A stretch of 64,000 nt of DNA from an uncultured Gemmatimonadales bacterium (GCA_963798845.1 CAWCUS010000001.1:768001-832000), one strand, 5' to 3'. Positions 8,570 to 19,541 are shown, counted from the stretch's first letter. Numbers and translations: made by a program. Notes: generated by a model not told the origin, from the letters alone.

Positions 8570-9481
8570 ATGCCGACCCCGTTCCCACCCGTGCCGCCCC
8601 TCGTCGGTCCGCTCGTCGAGCTGCTCCGCGGCCGTGCGGTCGTGGTGCTCGCGGGCGCGGGGTGCAGCACGGAGTCGGGGATCCCGGACTACCGCGGGCC
8701 GGAGGGGAGCCTGCGCAGGCGGACACCGATGCCGTACCGACAATTCGTCCGGGACGGCGCTGCCAGACAGCGATACTGGAGCCGGAGCGCGATCGGGTGG
8801 CCACGGTTCTCGGCGGCCAGGCCGAACCCGACGCACCGGGCCCTGGCGGCGCTCGAGGCGAGCGGGACCGTGCGCGGCGTCATCACGCAGAACGTGGACG
8901 GGCTCCACCAGGCGGCGGGCAGCCGCAGGGTGGTGGAGCTGCACGGGTCGCTGGCGCGCGTGCGCTGCCTCGAATGCGGCGCCACGGTGGCCCGTGACGT
9001 GCTCCAGGACCGGCTGGAGCACGAAAACGCCGCGTGGTTCCTTCGGCTCCGCCGCGCACCCGAGGGGAGCGCCAGCGAAGCGGCGCCCGATGGCGACGCC
9101 GATCTCCGCATCCCCGTCGACGACTTCCGGGTCCCTGGGTGCGGCGAGTGCGGGGGCGTGCTGAAGCCCGATGTCGTCTTCTTCGGCGAGAACGTGCCGA
9201 CGGGACGGGTGCAGGAGGCGTGGGATCTGTTCGGGGAGGCCGCGGTCCTCCTGGTGGTCGGCTCCTCCCTGACAGTCTACTCCGGCCGCCGCTTCATCTA
9301 CCGCGCGCAGCGGGACGGCGTCCCGGTAGCCGTGGTGAACCTCGGCCGCACGCGCGCCGATGACATCGCCGCAGTGAAGGTCGACGGCCGCACCGGCGAG
9401 GTGCTGCCGCGCCTGGCCGTCGCGCTCGCGCCCGGCGCCGTGACCGGCGGTCTCGATCGCACGCCCACGAGGATGAAATGA
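8570..9481 (+). CDS. cobB: NAD-dependent protein deacylase (sirtuin, class II/SIRT4-like)
   Basis: GAGCSTESGIPDYRG, RQRYWSRS..GW, TQNVDGLH, HG, CxxC...CxxC, PDGDAD, LKPDVVFFGE, GSSL. Confidence 0.92.
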   Translation: MPTPFPPVPPLVGPLVELLRGRAVVVLAGAGCSTESGIPDYRGPEGSLRRRTPMPYRQFVRDGAARQRYWSRSAIGWPRFSAARPNPTHRALAALEASGTVRGVITQNVDGLHQAAGSRRVVELHGSLARVRCLECGATVARDVLQDRLEHENAAWFLRLRRAPEGSASEAAPDGDADLRIPVDDFRVPGCGECGGVLKPDVVFFGENVPTGRVQEAWDLFGEAAVLLVVGSSLTVYSGRRFIYRAQRDGVPVAVVNLGRTRADDIAAVKVDGRTGEVLPRLAVALAPGAVTGGLDRTPTRMK

Positions 9482-10458
9482 TGGACATGGACGAGCTGCA
9501 GCGCCGGATCAACGGGTTCCGCGAGAGTCGGGCGCTCCTCACCGCCATCGAGCTCGACCTCTTCACTGCCGTGGGTGGTGGCGCCGGCGCGGCTGCGGTC
9601 GCGGGTGAGCTCGGGACGGACCCGCGCGCCACGGAGGCGCTGCTCAACGCCGTCGCGGCCATGGGAGCCCTCGAGAAGGAGGGCGGGGTGTTCCGCAACA
9701 CGGAGACCACCCGCTCGCACCTGGCGGCGGGCGGCGAGCACGACTCCCGCGCCGCGCTCATGCACGCCGTCCACCTCTGGCCGCGCTGGTCCACGCTCAC
9801 CGAATGCGTGCGCGAGGGGACGTCGGTGCTGAGGCGGACAGGCGCCGGCCGGGACGCGGAGTGGACGGAGGCCTTCATCGCCGCCATGCACCGGAACGCC
9901 GCCGGGCGGGCGCCGCGCGTGGTGGCGGCGATCGGGGTGGAAGGCGTGCGGCGCGTGCTGGACGTGGGCGGCGGCTCGGGCGCGTACGCGATCGCGTTCG
10001 CGCAGGCCGAGCCCGGTCTCGCGGCCGACATCCTGGACGTGCCCGACGTGGTCCCCATCGCACAGCGCCACATCGACGAGGCGGGTCTCGGCGCGCGCGT
10101 GCGGCCGCGCCCTGGCGATTTCCGGACCGATGACCTGGGCCGGGACTACGACCTGGTCTTCCTGTCGGCGATCTGCCACATGAACGGGCCCGACGAGAAC
10201 CGGCGGCTGCTCGGACAAGCGTTCGAGGCGCTGGCGCCGCGGGGCCGCGTCGTCATCCAGGACTTCATCCTGGAGCCGGACAAGACCGCGCCCGAGGTGG
10301 GGGCTTTGTTCGCGCTCAACATGCTGGTGGGGACCCGGTCCGGGAGCTCGTACAGCGAGCCCGAGTACGCGGAATGGCTCCGGGATGCAGGGTTCGTGGA
10401 GGTGCGGCGGGTGCCGCTGTCGGGTCCGACGGACCTGATGGTGGGCCAGCGGCCCTGA
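9478..10458 (+). CDS. SAM-dependent O-methyltransferase (Methyltransf_2 with dimerisation domain)
   Basis: AIELDLFT winged-helix N-terminus; [18 protein letters not shown] overlap with the sirtuin gene. Confidence 0.88.
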   Translation: MMDMDELQRRINGFRESRALLTAIELDLFTAVGGGAGAAAVAGELGTDPRATEALLNAVAAMGALEKEGGVFRNTETTRSHLAAGGEHDSRAALMHAVHLWPRWSTLTECVREGTSVLRRTGAGRDAEWTEAFIAAMHRNAAGRAPRVVAAIGVEGVRRVLDVGGGSGAYAIAFAQAEPGLAADILDVPDVVPIAQRHIDEAGLGARVRPRPGDFRTDDLGRDYDLVFLSAICHMNGPDENRRLLGQAFEALAPRGRVVIQDFILEPDKTAPEVGALFALNMLVGTRSGSSYSEPEYAEWLRDAGFVEVRRVPLSGPTDLMVGQRP

Positions 10459-10510
10459 AGCCGTTGCGCCGCGGCTGGCTCGCCGCTCCCCCACCGCACA
10501 TATTCCTGCC

Positions 10511-11686
10511 ATGGCGAGCGTGCAGCTGAAGGATGTCCGGAAAGTGTATGGCGGCGCCGACGGCCAGGTGGCCGTGGTCGGGGCGACGTTCGACGTGGCG
10601 GACGGCGAGCTCGTGGTCCTGGTCGGCCCGTCGGGGTGCGGCAAGAGCACCACGCTGCGCATGATCGCCGGCCTGGAGGCGGTGACGTCCGGCGAGATCC
10701 GGATCGGCGACCGCGTGGTGAACGACGTTCCGCCCCAGCATCGCGACATCGCCATGGTGTTCCAGAGCTACGCGCTCTACCCGCACATGTCCGTGCGGCA
10801 GAACCTGGCGTTCGGGCTGAAGCTGAGGAAAACGCCGAAAGCCGAGATCACCGAGCGTGTGAGCCGCGCGGCCGGGATCCTGGGCATCGGCGAGATCCTC
10901 GATCGCAAGCCCGCCCAGCTCTCCGGCGGCCAGCGCCAGCGGGTGGCGCTCGGGCGCGCCATGGTGCGCGACCCCCGCGTATTCCTGTTCGACGAGCCGC
11001 TCTCCAACCTGGACGCCAAGCTGCGCGTCCAGATGCGCGCGGAGCTGGCGGCGCTGCACCGGCGCCTCGGCGCGACCATGATCTACGTCACGCACGACCA
11101 GGTCGAGGCCATGACGCTCGGCGACCGCATCGTGGTGCTGAGCGACGGCGTGATCCAGCAGATCGATACTCCCCTGGCGCTCTACGAGCGACCCAGGAAC
11201 CGCTTCGTCGCCGGCTTCCTCGGCAGCCCCGCCATGAATTTCGTCGAGGGGCGCATCGTCGACGACGGGGGGCCCCGCTTTGCCGCGGACGACGACGCGT
11301 TCGTCCTCCCGCTTCCCCCGGGCTGGCACCGGTCGCTCGCCGGCCGCGACGTCCGCCGCGTCACCCTCGGCGTACGCCCCGAGAACGTCTTCGTCCCGGC
11401 CACCGCCGGGGCGGCGGGGCGGGACGGAGCGGAGCGGGGGTCGGGAGGCGGACGGGGTCCGGAGTCGGGGGCCAGCACCGACGCCGCCGAGATCCCGGTT
11501 CACCTCGAAGTGCTCGAGCCGCTCGGAAACGAGGTCTTCATCCACGCCACCACGGGCCCCCACCGCATCACGGCGCGCGTGCCGCCGCAGGAGCTGCCGC
11601 CGGCGGGGAGCGCCGCCACGCTGGCGCTGGACCTCCGCAGGCTCCACTTCTTCGACGGCGAGACGGGGGAGGCGCTGGCGGCGTGA
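10511..11686 (+). CDS. Sugar ABC transporter ATP-binding protein (MalK/MsmX/UgpC family)
   Basis: [41 protein letters not shown]-terminal TOBE domain. Confidence 0.95.
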   Translation: MASVQLKDVRKVYGGADGQVAVVGATFDVADGELVVLVGPSGCGKSTTLRMIAGLEAVTSGEIRIGDRVVNDVPPQHRDIAMVFQSYALYPHMSVRQNLAFGLKLRKTPKAEITERVSRAAGILGIGEILDRKPAQLSGGQRQRVALGRAMVRDPRVFLFDEPLSNLDAKLRVQMRAELAALHRRLGATMIYVTHDQVEAMTLGDRIVVLSDGVIQQIDTPLALYERPRNRFVAGFLGSPAMNFVEGRIVDDGGPRFAADDDAFVLPLPPGWHRSLAGRDVRRVTLGVRPENVFVPATAGAAGRDGAERGSGGGRGPESGASTDAAEIPVHLEVLEPLGNEVFIHATTGPHRITARVPPQELPPAGSAATLALDLRRLHFFDGETGEALAA

Positions 11687-13026
11687 GCGAGCCGCTCCGC
11701 GCCCCGCCGGACTTCCTCTGGGGCGCGGCCACGTCCGCGTACCAGGTCGAGGGCTCCCCGCTGGCCGATGGCGCCGGTCCCGGCATCTGGCACCGCTTCA
11801 GCCACACGCCCGGCCGCACCCGCCACGGCGATACGGGCGACGTGGCGTGCGATCATTACCGTCGCTGGCGGGAAGACGTCGCGCTCATGCGGGAGCTGGG
11901 GCTCCAGGCCTATCGCTTCAGCATCGCGTGGGGCCGTGTCCTCCCGGACGGCGCGGGCAGGGTCAACGCGGCCGGACTCGCCTTCTACGACAGGCTGGTG
12001 GACGCGCTGCTCGAGGCCGGGATCCGGCCCATGGTCACCCTGTACCACTGGAATCTCCCGGCCGCCCTGGACGACCGCGGCGGGTGGCTTAGCCCGGATG
12101 CAGCGGACTGGTTCGCCGACTACGCCACCACCGTCTTCCGCGCCCTGGACGACCGCGTGACGCTCTGGACCACGCTCAACGAGCCGTGGGTGGTCATGGA
12201 CGGCGGTTACTTCCAGGGCAGCCTGGCCCCCGGGCACCGGAACGTGTACGAGGCGCCCGTCGTCACGCACAACCTCCTGCGCGCCCACGCCGCGGCCGTT
12301 CGCGCGTACCGCTCGGAGGGGCGCAACGAGATCGGGCTGGTTGTGAACCTGGAGCCGCAGTACCCGGCTACGGACGGGGAGCCGGACCGGGCGGCGGCCG
12401 CGCGCATGGACGCGTACATCAACCGGCAGTACCTCGACCCGGCGCTCCTCGGCCGATATCCCGCCGAGCTCGGTGAAGCGTTCGGCGATGCGTGGCCCGA
12501 CCACGACAAGGCGGACGTGGCGGCGCTGGCCGAGCCGATCGATTTCCTGGGCATCAACTACTACACCCGGCGCGTCACCCGCAACGACCCCGCCGGCGGG
12601 CTGCTGCGGACGGCGCGCGTGCGCCAGCCGCGGAGCACCCACACGGAGATGGACTGGGAAGTCTACCCCGACGGGCTCAGGCGAACGCTGGACATGGTGG
12701 TCGACCGCTACGGCCGGGATCTGCCGCTCTTCATCACCGAGAACGGCGCCGCGTTCTACGACCCGCCGACCGCCCCCGACGACGCGCTCCCCGACCCGCT
12801 CCGCGTGGACTACCTCCGGCACCACATCCGCGAGGTCCTGGAAGCCGCCCGCGACGGCATCCTCCTGCGCGGCTACTTCGCCTGGTCGCTCCTCGACAAC
12901 TTCGAGTGGAGCCATGGCTACTCCAGGCGCTTCGGCCTGGTGCACGTGGACTTCGCCACGCAGCGCCGCACCCTGAAGGCGAGCGCGCGCTACTACGCGG
13001 GCGTCATCGCGGGGGCGGGGGTGTAG
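11683..13026 (+). CDS. GH1 beta-glucosidase (cytoplasmic)
   Basis: GTG start overlapping the ATPase stop; [14 protein letters not shown], catalytic NEP and [14 protein letters not shown]; no signal peptide. Confidence 0.95.
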   Translation: MSEPLRAPPDFLWGAATSAYQVEGSPLADGAGPGIWHRFSHTPGRTRHGDTGDVACDHYRRWREDVALMRELGLQAYRFSIAWGRVLPDGAGRVNAAGLAFYDRLVDALLEAGIRPMVTLYHWNLPAALDDRGGWLSPDAADWFADYATTVFRALDDRVTLWTTLNEPWVVMDGGYFQGSLAPGHRNVYEAPVVTHNLLRAHAAAVRAYRSEGRNEIGLVVNLEPQYPATDGEPDRAAAARMDAYINRQYLDPALLGRYPAELGEAFGDAWPDHDKADVAALAEPIDFLGINYYTRRVTRNDPAGGLLRTARVRQPRSTHTEMDWEVYPDGLRRTLDMVVDRYGRDLPLFITENGAAFYDPPTAPDDALPDPLRVDYLRHHIREVLEAARDGILLRGYFAWSLLDNFEWSHGYSRRFGLVHVDFATQRRTLKASARYYAGVIAGAGV

Positions 13027-16000
13027 GGGCGCGCCGCGTCATCGCCCAGCGCGACCTCCAGCTCGTGGGCAGCGCCGTCGGCCGGGAGCGGCACCTCGGG
13101 CACCCCGTCGCTCACCGCGACCGCCTGTCCGTCGAGCCAGGCCCGCGTCACGCCGTCCTCCCTGCGCACACGGATCCGCAGCTCGCCCCTGCCGCCGGGG
13201 ATCCGCCACGTGATCCTGAACCCCGGCCAGGCCGCGGGGATGCGCGGGCGCAGCCGGACGCGGTCACCGCCACGCACCTCCAGTCCGAGCACCGACTCCA
13301 GCGCGACGCGGAACATCCACGCCGCCGAGCCCGTGTACCACGTCCACCCGCCCCGCCCCACGTGCGGCTCCTCGCCGTAGACGTCCGCAGCCACCACATA
13401 TGGCTCCACGCGGTAGCGCATCACCTCTGACGGCGAGCGGGCGTGGGTGACCGGGAGAAGCATCTCCAGCAGCGGCGCCGCGCGCTCGACGCGGCCGGCC
13501 TCCGCCAGCGCCCGCACGGCCCACAGCACGCCGTGCGTGTACTGGCCCCCGTTCTCCCGAACGCCGGGGACATACCCCTTGATGTAGCCGGGGTCGTGGG
13601 GCGTGCGGTCGAAGGGCGGGGTCAGGAGCCGGATCAGCCCGTCCTCCTCCGACACCAGCTCCCGTTCCAGCGCGTCCAGCGCCCGCTCCGCCCGCTCCGC
13701 CGGCGCCACCCCGGAGATCACCGCCCAGGCCTGTGCGATGGCGTCGATCCGGCACTCGTTGCTCGCGGACGAGCCGATCGGGTCGCCATCGTCGTAGAAC
13801 GCGCGCCGGTACCATTCGCCGTCCCAGCCGGCGTCGTCGAGGGCCCGCTCCAGCCCGGCCAGGTGATCGACGTAGCGATCCGCGCGCCCGGTGTCGCCCC
13901 GCCCGCGGCAGAGTGGGATCCAGCGCCGGAGGATCGTGGCCAGGAAGAAGCCGAGCCACACGCTCTCGCCTCGCCCCTGGTGACCCACCCGGTTCATCCC
14001 GTCGTTCCAGTCGCCGGAGCCGATGAGCGGCAGGCCGTGGCTGCCGCTGGTGAGCGAGCGGTCGAGGGCGAGGCAGCAGTGGGTGTAGAGGTCGGCGTCA
14101 TCGGACGTCCGCTCCGGGCGCATGAACGCCTCGTCCTCCGCCGGCTTCAGCTCGCGCCCGCGGACGAACGGCGCCCGCTCCGCCAGGATGGCCTCGTCGC
14201 CCGTGACGTCCAGGTAGAACCCGGTGACGTAGGGCAGCCAGAGCAGGTCGTCGGAGAAGCGGGTGCGGACGCCGGCGCTCGCGGGCGGGTGCCACCAGTG
14301 CAGGACGTCGCCTTCCGGGAACTGGTGGGCGGCGTGCAGCATGATCTGCGCGCGCGTGGTCCCCGGGTCCGCGTAGATCAGGGCGGCCGCGTCCTGGAGC
14401 TGGTCCCGGAACCCGAACGCGCCGCCGGACTGGTAGAACGCTGAACGGCCGCGCAGACGGCACGTCACGTCCTGGTAGAGCAGCCAGCCGTTGAGCATGA
14501 GGTCCAGTGCCGGCGACGGCGTCTGGACGCGCAACCGCCCCAGCACGTCCTCCCACGCCGCCTCCACCTCCTCCAGCGCTTCGGTCACGGCGCCGGGCTT
14601 CCGATAGCGCTCGATCATCTCGCGCGCTTCCGGCTCGGACCCTGCCTGGCCGAGGAGGAACCCCACCTCCACGGTCTCCAGCCCGCCTACCTTCAGCGGG
14701 ATCTGCAGCGCAGCGCCCGCGTCCTCCCCCCGTGCCCGCTCCGCCCGCACGTCCTCGCCGGACCGCACCAGCTCCGGAGCCACCAGGTCGCACCGCGGGC
14801 CGAGGAAGGCCCTCCCGTCCGCGCTGGCGAGGACGGCACCGTCCGGGAGCGCAGCCACCACGGCGGCGAACGCCACGGCGTCCTCGAAGTCCTCGGTGGC
14901 CGGGTTCCGGGCGAACACCGCGCCCGTCCGGACGTCGGGCCAGGCCCGCACGTGCCGTCGTGCCTCCGGCCCGGCGCCGAGGACCCACTCGGCGTAGGCG
15001 AACACCGACAGTGAGCGGGGGCGGCGGGTCCGGTTCCGGAGCCGCACGCGCACCAGCTTCACCGGATCGTTGGGCGCCACCAGCTGCCACACGTCCTCCT
15101 CGAGGGCGCGTCCCGTGTGACTGTGGTGGGTGTAGCCGAAGCCGTGGCGCGTCTCGTAGCTGCCCGCTCCGGGGCACGGCCCGGGCAGCGGCGACCAGAA
15201 TTCGCCGTCGTCTTCGTCACGGAGGTACACGGCCTCCCCGTGCGCGTCGGTGACCGGGTCGTTCCGCCAGGGCGTCAGCCGATTGAGGCGGCTGTTCCCC
15301 GCCCACGTGCACCCCGCGCCGGTCTCGGACGCGATGAACCCGATCCGCTCGTTCGCCACCACGTTCACCCACGGCACCGGCGGCAGCGCCAGCAGTCCCG
15401 GCCCCTCGCCGAGCCGGATCACGTACTCCCGCCCGTCCGGCGAGAACCCGCCGTGGCCGTTGAAGAAGAGCAACCCCTCGCCCGGCTGCCGCGGGGGCTG
15501 GCCGGCGGCCGAGGGCCGCGCGGGCCGCACGTCCCGCACCCCCTCCGTCGCCTGCGCGCCGAAGCGGGCCAGGAGCGCGGGCCCGCCGTTCGGCCCGGCG
15601 GCGGGGGTGGTGGTGGGCGGGAATGCGCGGTCACACTCGCGCGCGGTGGAAAACGGGTCGGCCGCGAGACGGGCGTCATCCGGCGATCGCCCGGCAGCGA
15701 GGACGGCCGTGAAGGCGGCGGATCGCCCGGGCTCGAGCACGACGGCCCTGCGCAGGCAGAGCGCAGGGTCGAGCACGCTCCCCACCGTGCCCGAGAGCGC
15801 CACGCGTCCCGGACGCAGCGCCACGGGATCGGCGGCGCTGTGGCCCCGGCCGAGGAAGCGGGCGCGGTCCGTCTCCCGCTCCGGCTCGTCGCCGGCGTCC
15901 GAGTGCGGGACGAGGAGGTGGACGGCGCTCCATGCCGGATCATCCGGGGATCGCGGCCTTCGCCGGGCCAGCAGGCCTTCCACCGCCGACAGGTAAGCGG

Positions 16001-16454
16001 TCTCGACGAAGAGCTTCGAGAACGCCGGGTGGCTCTCGAACGCCTCCGGCCGGTCCAGCGCCACCGGGACGAACGTGGTCACCTCCAGCCGGCGGGGTCG
16101 GTCCGAGCGGTTGGTCAGCGTCATGCGACGCAGCTCCGCCGCGCCGTCTGCGGGCAGCGCCAGCTCCATCACCGTCTCCACGCCGTCGTCCGTCCGCAGC
16201 AGCCGTGGCGCCGCGCTCTCCAGCCACGCGCCGTAACGGTCCGGGCGGAGCGCCCCGGGGCGGAGTCCCGCGCTCCAGTGCTCGCCTGTGTCCAGGTCCC
16301 GGACGTAGATGGCCACGCCACCACACCCGGTGTTGGCGCCGTTCCCTTCCGCCACCGCGATCTCGTCGAACGCGGACCAGCCGCCGCCCAGCGGGTCGAG
16401 CCGGACGGCGAAGTGGCCGTTGTCCAGGACGCGGGCGGCGGGCGCGTCGCTCAT
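12993..16454 (-). CDS. GH94 glycoside phosphorylase, similar to the C-terminal phosphorylase region of cyclic beta-1,2-glucan synthase (NdvB/Cgs)
   Basis: Two N-terminal beta-sandwich modules (HPAFSKLFVET; PWVNVVAN...NSRLNRLTPW); FYQSGGAFGFRDQLQD; GDWNDGMN; RENGGQYTH; GGWTWYTGSA. Start MSDAP coupled to the permease stop. Confidence 0.9.
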   Translation of the reverse strand: MSDAPAARVLDNGHFAVRLDPLGGGWSAFDEIAVAEGNGANTGCGGVAIYVRDLDTGEHWSAGLRPGALRPDRYGAWLESAAPRLLRTDDGVETVMELALPADGAAELRRMTLTNRSDRPRRLEVTTFVPVALDRPEAFESHPAFSKLFVETAYLSAVEGLLARRRPRSPDDPAWSAVHLLVPHSDAGDEPERETDRARFLGRGHSAADPVALRPGRVALSGTVGSVLDPALCLRRAVVLEPGRSAAFTAVLAAGRSPDDARLAADPFSTARECDRAFPPTTTPAAGPNGGPALLARFGAQATEGVRDVRPARPSAAGQPPRQPGEGLLFFNGHGGFSPDGREYVIRLGEGPGLLALPPVPWVNVVANERIGFIASETGAGCTWAGNSRLNRLTPWRNDPVTDAHGEAVYLRDEDDGEFWSPLPGPCPGAGSYETRHGFGYTHHSHTGRALEEDVWQLVAPNDPVKLVRVRLRNRTRRPRSLSVFAYAEWVLGAGPEARRHVRAWPDVRTGAVFARNPATEDFEDAVAFAAVVAALPDGAVLASADGRAFLGPRCDLVAPELVRSGEDVRAERARGEDAGAALQIPLKVGGLETVEVGFLLGQAGSEPEAREMIERYRKPGAVTEALEEVEAAWEDVLGRLRVQTPSPALDLMLNGWLLYQDVTCRLRGRSAFYQSGGAFGFRDQLQDAAALIYADPGTTRAQIMLHAAHQFPEGDVLHWWHPPASAGVRTRFSDDLLWLPYVTGFYLDVTGDEAILAERAPFVRGRELKPAEDEAFMRPERTSDDADLYTHCCLALDRSLTSGSHGLPLIGSGDWNDGMNRVGHQGRGESVWLGFFLATILRRWIPLCRGRGDTGRADRYVDHLAGLERALDDAGWDGEWYRRAFYDDGDPIGSSASNECRIDAIAQAWAVISGVAPAERAERALDALERELVSEEDGLIRLLTPPFDRTPHDPGYIKGYVPGVRENGGQYTHGVLWAVRALAEAGRVERAAPLLEMLLPVTHARSPSEVMRYRVEPYVVAADVYGEEPHVGRGGWTWYTGSAAWMFRVALESVLGLEVRGGDRVRLRPRIPAAWPGFRITWRIPGGRGELRIRVRREDGVTRAWLDGQAVAVSDGVPEVPLPADGAAHELEVALGDDAARPYTPAPAMTPA

Positions 16455-17272
16455 CCCTTCACGCTTCCGGCCATGATCCCCTGCACGTAGTAGCGCTGGA
16501 GGAGGAGGAAGACGAGCATGACGGGGAGCACGGTGAGGACGGACCCCGCCATCATCAGCTCCGTGTCCTGCGCGTGCTCCCCCACCAGGCTCGCCAGCGC
16601 GACCGGGAGCGTGTACTGCGACTCGTCGCTGAGCACGATGAGCGGCCACATGAAGTCGTTCCACGTGCTCAGGAACGTCCAGATCGCCAGGGTGGCGAGC
16701 ATCGGGACGATGTTCGGGAGCACCACCGACCGGTAGATTCGCAGCTCCCCCGCCCCATCCATCCTCGCCGCGTCCAGCAGGTCGTCCGGGATGGCCAGCG
16801 CGTACTGGCGGATGAGGAAGATCCCGAAGATGCTGGCCAGGCCGGGGATGATGACGCCCCAGTACGTGTTGATCAGGCCCAGCTGCTTCATGATCAGGAA
16901 GAGCGGGAGCATGGCCACCTGCACCGGAACGACGAGCCCCGCCGAGAGCACGCGGAAGAGCGGCTTCCTGGCGCGGAATCGCAGCTTCGCGAAGGCGTAC
17001 CCGGCCATCGAGTTGATGACGAGGGAGAGGATGGTCACGGTGCCCGCGATGATGGCGCTGTTGAGGAAGTAGCGGCCGAGCTGGAGCCGCGTGAACAGCG
17101 CACGGTAGTGCTCGAACGTGAAGTGGCTCGGGAAGAACCGGGGTGGATACGTGTTCGCCTCGCCTGTCGGCATGAGCGATGCCGACACCATCCACGCCAT
17201 AGGGAGCAGCGCCAGCACGGCCCCGGCGGCCAGCACCACGTGGAGCAGGACCGACTTCCAGCGCCCGGTCAC
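16451..17272 (-). CDS. Carbohydrate ABC transporter permease (MalG-like)
   Basis: AGYAFAKLRF, EAA-like DAARMDGA, WNDFMWPL, IMAGSVKG; GTGA coupling. Confidence 0.95.
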   Translation of the reverse strand: MTGRWKSVLLHVVLAAGAVLALLPMAWMVSASLMPTGEANTYPPRFFPSHFTFEHYRALFTRLQLGRYFLNSAIIAGTVTILSLVINSMAGYAFAKLRFRARKPLFRVLSAGLVVPVQVAMLPLFLIMKQLGLINTYWGVIIPGLASIFGIFLIRQYALAIPDDLLDAARMDGAGELRIYRSVVLPNIVPMLATLAIWTFLSTWNDFMWPLIVLSDESQYTLPVALASLVGEHAQDTELMMAGSVLTVLPVMLVFLLLQRYYVQGIMAGSVKG

Positions 17273-18237
17273 GTCTCGGCCCTCCGCTGCAGCCGGAACT
17301 GGAGGAGCGTGAACACGAGAATGACGACGAACAGGACGAAGGCGATGGCGGCGGCAAAGCCCATGCGCCACCAGCGGAAGCCCTCCTCGTACATGTACAG
17401 CACGACGCTCGTGGTGGCGCGAAGAGGGCCGCCCTGCGTCATCACGTACGGCTCGGCGAACAGCTGGAAGTAGCCGATCATGGTGATGACGGCCACGAAC
17501 AGGAGCACCGGCGCGAGGGCGGGAAGCGTGACGTGCCAGAAGCGGCGAACCGCGCTCGCCCCATCGATCCGGGCAGCTTCGTACAGCTCCTCGGGGATCG
17601 CCTGCAGCCCGGCGATGAAGATCAGCATGTTGTAGCCGAAGTTCTTCCACACGGCCATCACGATGATCGCCGGCATGGCCCAGTGCGGATCCCCCAGCCA
17701 GTCGATCGGGCCGATCCCCACGAGCCCGAGCGCGTAGTTCAGCAGGCCGTAGCGGGTGTGGTAGAGGTACCGCCACACGATCGCCACGGCCACCAGCGTG
17801 GTGACGAACGGCGCGAAGTAGACCGTGCGGAAGAACGTCCGCAGCCGCACCACCCGCACGTTCAGCAGCAGCGCCGCACCCAGGGACACCGCGATCGAGA
17901 GCGGGCCGCCCACCAGGGCGAAGTAGAACGTGTTCTTGAGCGCGGTCCAGAAGAGCGGCGTGTGCAGCAGGCGGGTGTAGTTGGCCAGACCCACGAAGCG
18001 AACGTTGTGCGGGTCCGCGATGCCGTAGATGTCGAAGTCCGTGAAGCTCAGGATCAGCGCCGCGACGACCGGGAGGAAGAAGAAGAGGCCGATGAGCCCC
18101 AGCGCCGGCGCGAGAAAGCCGTAGGCCGCCTTCGAGCCCTCGGGCGAGGCGCCCCGCCACGGCCACGGGCGGCGCCGCGGCCGCGGAGCCGGCTGGCGCA
18201 TGTCGGCCGTCCCCGTGGCCACCGTCGTCTCGCTCAC
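17269..18237 (-). CDS. Carbohydrate ABC transporter permease (MalF-like)
   Basis: FVGLANY, LYEAARIDGA, MTQGGP; six transmembrane segments; GTGA coupling. Confidence 0.95.
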   Translation of the reverse strand: MSETTVATGTADMRQPAPRPRRRPWPWRGASPEGSKAAYGFLAPALGLIGLFFFLPVVAALILSFTDFDIYGIADPHNVRFVGLANYTRLLHTPLFWTALKNTFYFALVGGPLSIAVSLGAALLLNVRVVRLRTFFRTVYFAPFVTTLVAVAIVWRYLYHTRYGLLNYALGLVGIGPIDWLGDPHWAMPAIIVMAVWKNFGYNMLIFIAGLQAIPEELYEAARIDGASAVRRFWHVTLPALAPVLLFVAVITMIGYFQLFAEPYVMTQGGPLRATTSVVLYMYEEGFRWWRMGFAAAIAFVLFVVILVFTLLQFRLQRRAET

Positions 18238-19541
18238 GGCCTGGACCCCCGGGACAGCATCCAGCGCCGCTTGTCCAGGATCCGGTCCACGTCCCGGTCC
18301 AGCCCCGCCAGCGTGCGGTCGATCCCCGTCTCCCCCCGGATCGCCGACTCCGAAGACTCCAGCACCTGCGTGGCGATGTTCTCCCACTCCGGCACTTTCG
18401 GCAGCGGCTCCACCCGCTCGAGCTGGGTCCGGAACGCCGCCGCGTAACGGTTCTCCGCCAGCTCGGGCGACTCCCAGGCCTCCCGCACCGCGGGCAGGTC
18501 CCCGGTCTCCTGGTAGAAGCGTACCTGCTGCGCCGGCCGGGACAGGAACTCGATCAGCCGCCACGCCGCGTCCGAGTGCTCGCTCCCGCGGAAGAGGACC
18601 AGGCTGGATCCGCCAGCCATCGAGATCCCGGGACCATCGGGCCCGGGGAGTGGGGCGGTGGACCAGTCGTCCTGGAGCTCCGGCGGGAGCCGACGACTGA
18701 ACTCGCCGATGTTCCACGGCCCGCTGATGTACATGGCGATGTTCCCGCGCGCGAACTCCTGGTACAGGTTCGCGATCTCCGTGTTGGAGAGCGCGGGCGC
18801 CAGGCTGTCGCGGAAGAGCCCTACGTAGAACTCGAACGCCCGCCGGAAGCGAGGCCCCTCGAAGTCGCCGCGCGTGCCGTTGTCCTGCAGCAGCGGCGCC
18901 CCGGCCTGCATCCCGAAGATGACCGGCTGCGCCCATTCGTTGATCGGAAGCAGAACCGGGTACTGGCCGGGCCCCATTCGCCGCCGCAGCCGCTCCATCG
19001 CCTCCCGCCAACCGGCCCACGTTTCCGGCATCCGATCGTAGCCCACCGCGGCGAGCAGGTCCGTGCGGTAGAACAGCACGCGGGTGTCCACGTACCACGG
19101 GATCCCGTACAGGGTCGTGTCGATGACGTTGGTGGCCCAGATCCCGGCGAAGAAGCGGCTCCGCTCCACCCCGCCCGGGCGCGCCACCCGCCCTCCCAGC
19201 GACTCCAGCGCGTGCAGCGCCGAGAACTCCGGCACCCACGTGTTCCCGAGCTGCGCCACGTCCGGCGTCGAGCCGCCCACCACCGCGGTCAACAGCTTCT
19301 CGTGCGCCGCGGTCCAGGGGATCTGCTGCACGGTCACGCGCACGTCGGGGTTCGCCGCCTCGAACTCCCGCACCAGCGCCTGCACCACCTCCCCTTCCCT
19401 CCCCATCGCCCAGAAGCGCAGCTGTGCCGGACCTTCGTCCCCGCCCGCGCAGCCCGAGAGGAAAAGCAAGCCGGCGAGACCCGCGGCCGCGGCGGAGCGC
19501 GCGCGCCGGGCACGCCCCCGGCTGCCAGCACGAAGCTGCAT
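18234..19541 (-). CDS. Sugar ABC transporter substrate-binding lipoprotein
   Basis: Lipobox LSGC; FEAANPDV.V, PDVAQLGNTW, YGIPWYVD...LFYR, SGPW. Confidence 0.93.
   Translation of the reverse strand: MQLRAGSRGRARRARSAAAAGLAGLLFLSGCAGGDEGPAQLRFWAMGREGEVVQALVREFEAANPDVRVTVQQIPWTAAHEKLLTAVVGGSTPDVAQLGNTWVPEFSALHALESLGGRVARPGGVERSRFFAGIWATNVIDTTLYGIPWYVDTRVLFYRTDLLAAVGYDRMPETWAGWREAMERLRRRMGPGQYPVLLPINEWAQPVIFGMQAGAPLLQDNGTRGDFEGPRFRRAFEFYVGLFRDSLAPALSNTEIANLYQEFARGNIAMYISGPWNIGEFSRRLPPELQDDWSTAPLPGPDGPGISMAGGSSLVLFRGSEHSDAAWRLIEFLSRPAQQVRFYQETGDLPAVREAWESPELAENRYAAAFRTQLERVEPLPKVPEWENIATQVLESSESAIRGETGIDRTLAGLDRDVDRILDKRRWMLSRGSRP

Noticed and set aside
8570..9481. Sir2 anti-phage defence system (Thoeris/DSR)
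   Set aside because: It has the zinc-binding, class II housekeeping sirtuin motifs and no defence partner genes.
10636..17357. Apparent giant N-terminal extensions or fusions (796-aa GH1, 1454-aa GH94; similarly the 798-aa sulfatase and TonB ORFs)
   Set aside because: The extensions are off-frame read-through of upstream genes; the true starts overlap upstream stops or follow SD sites.
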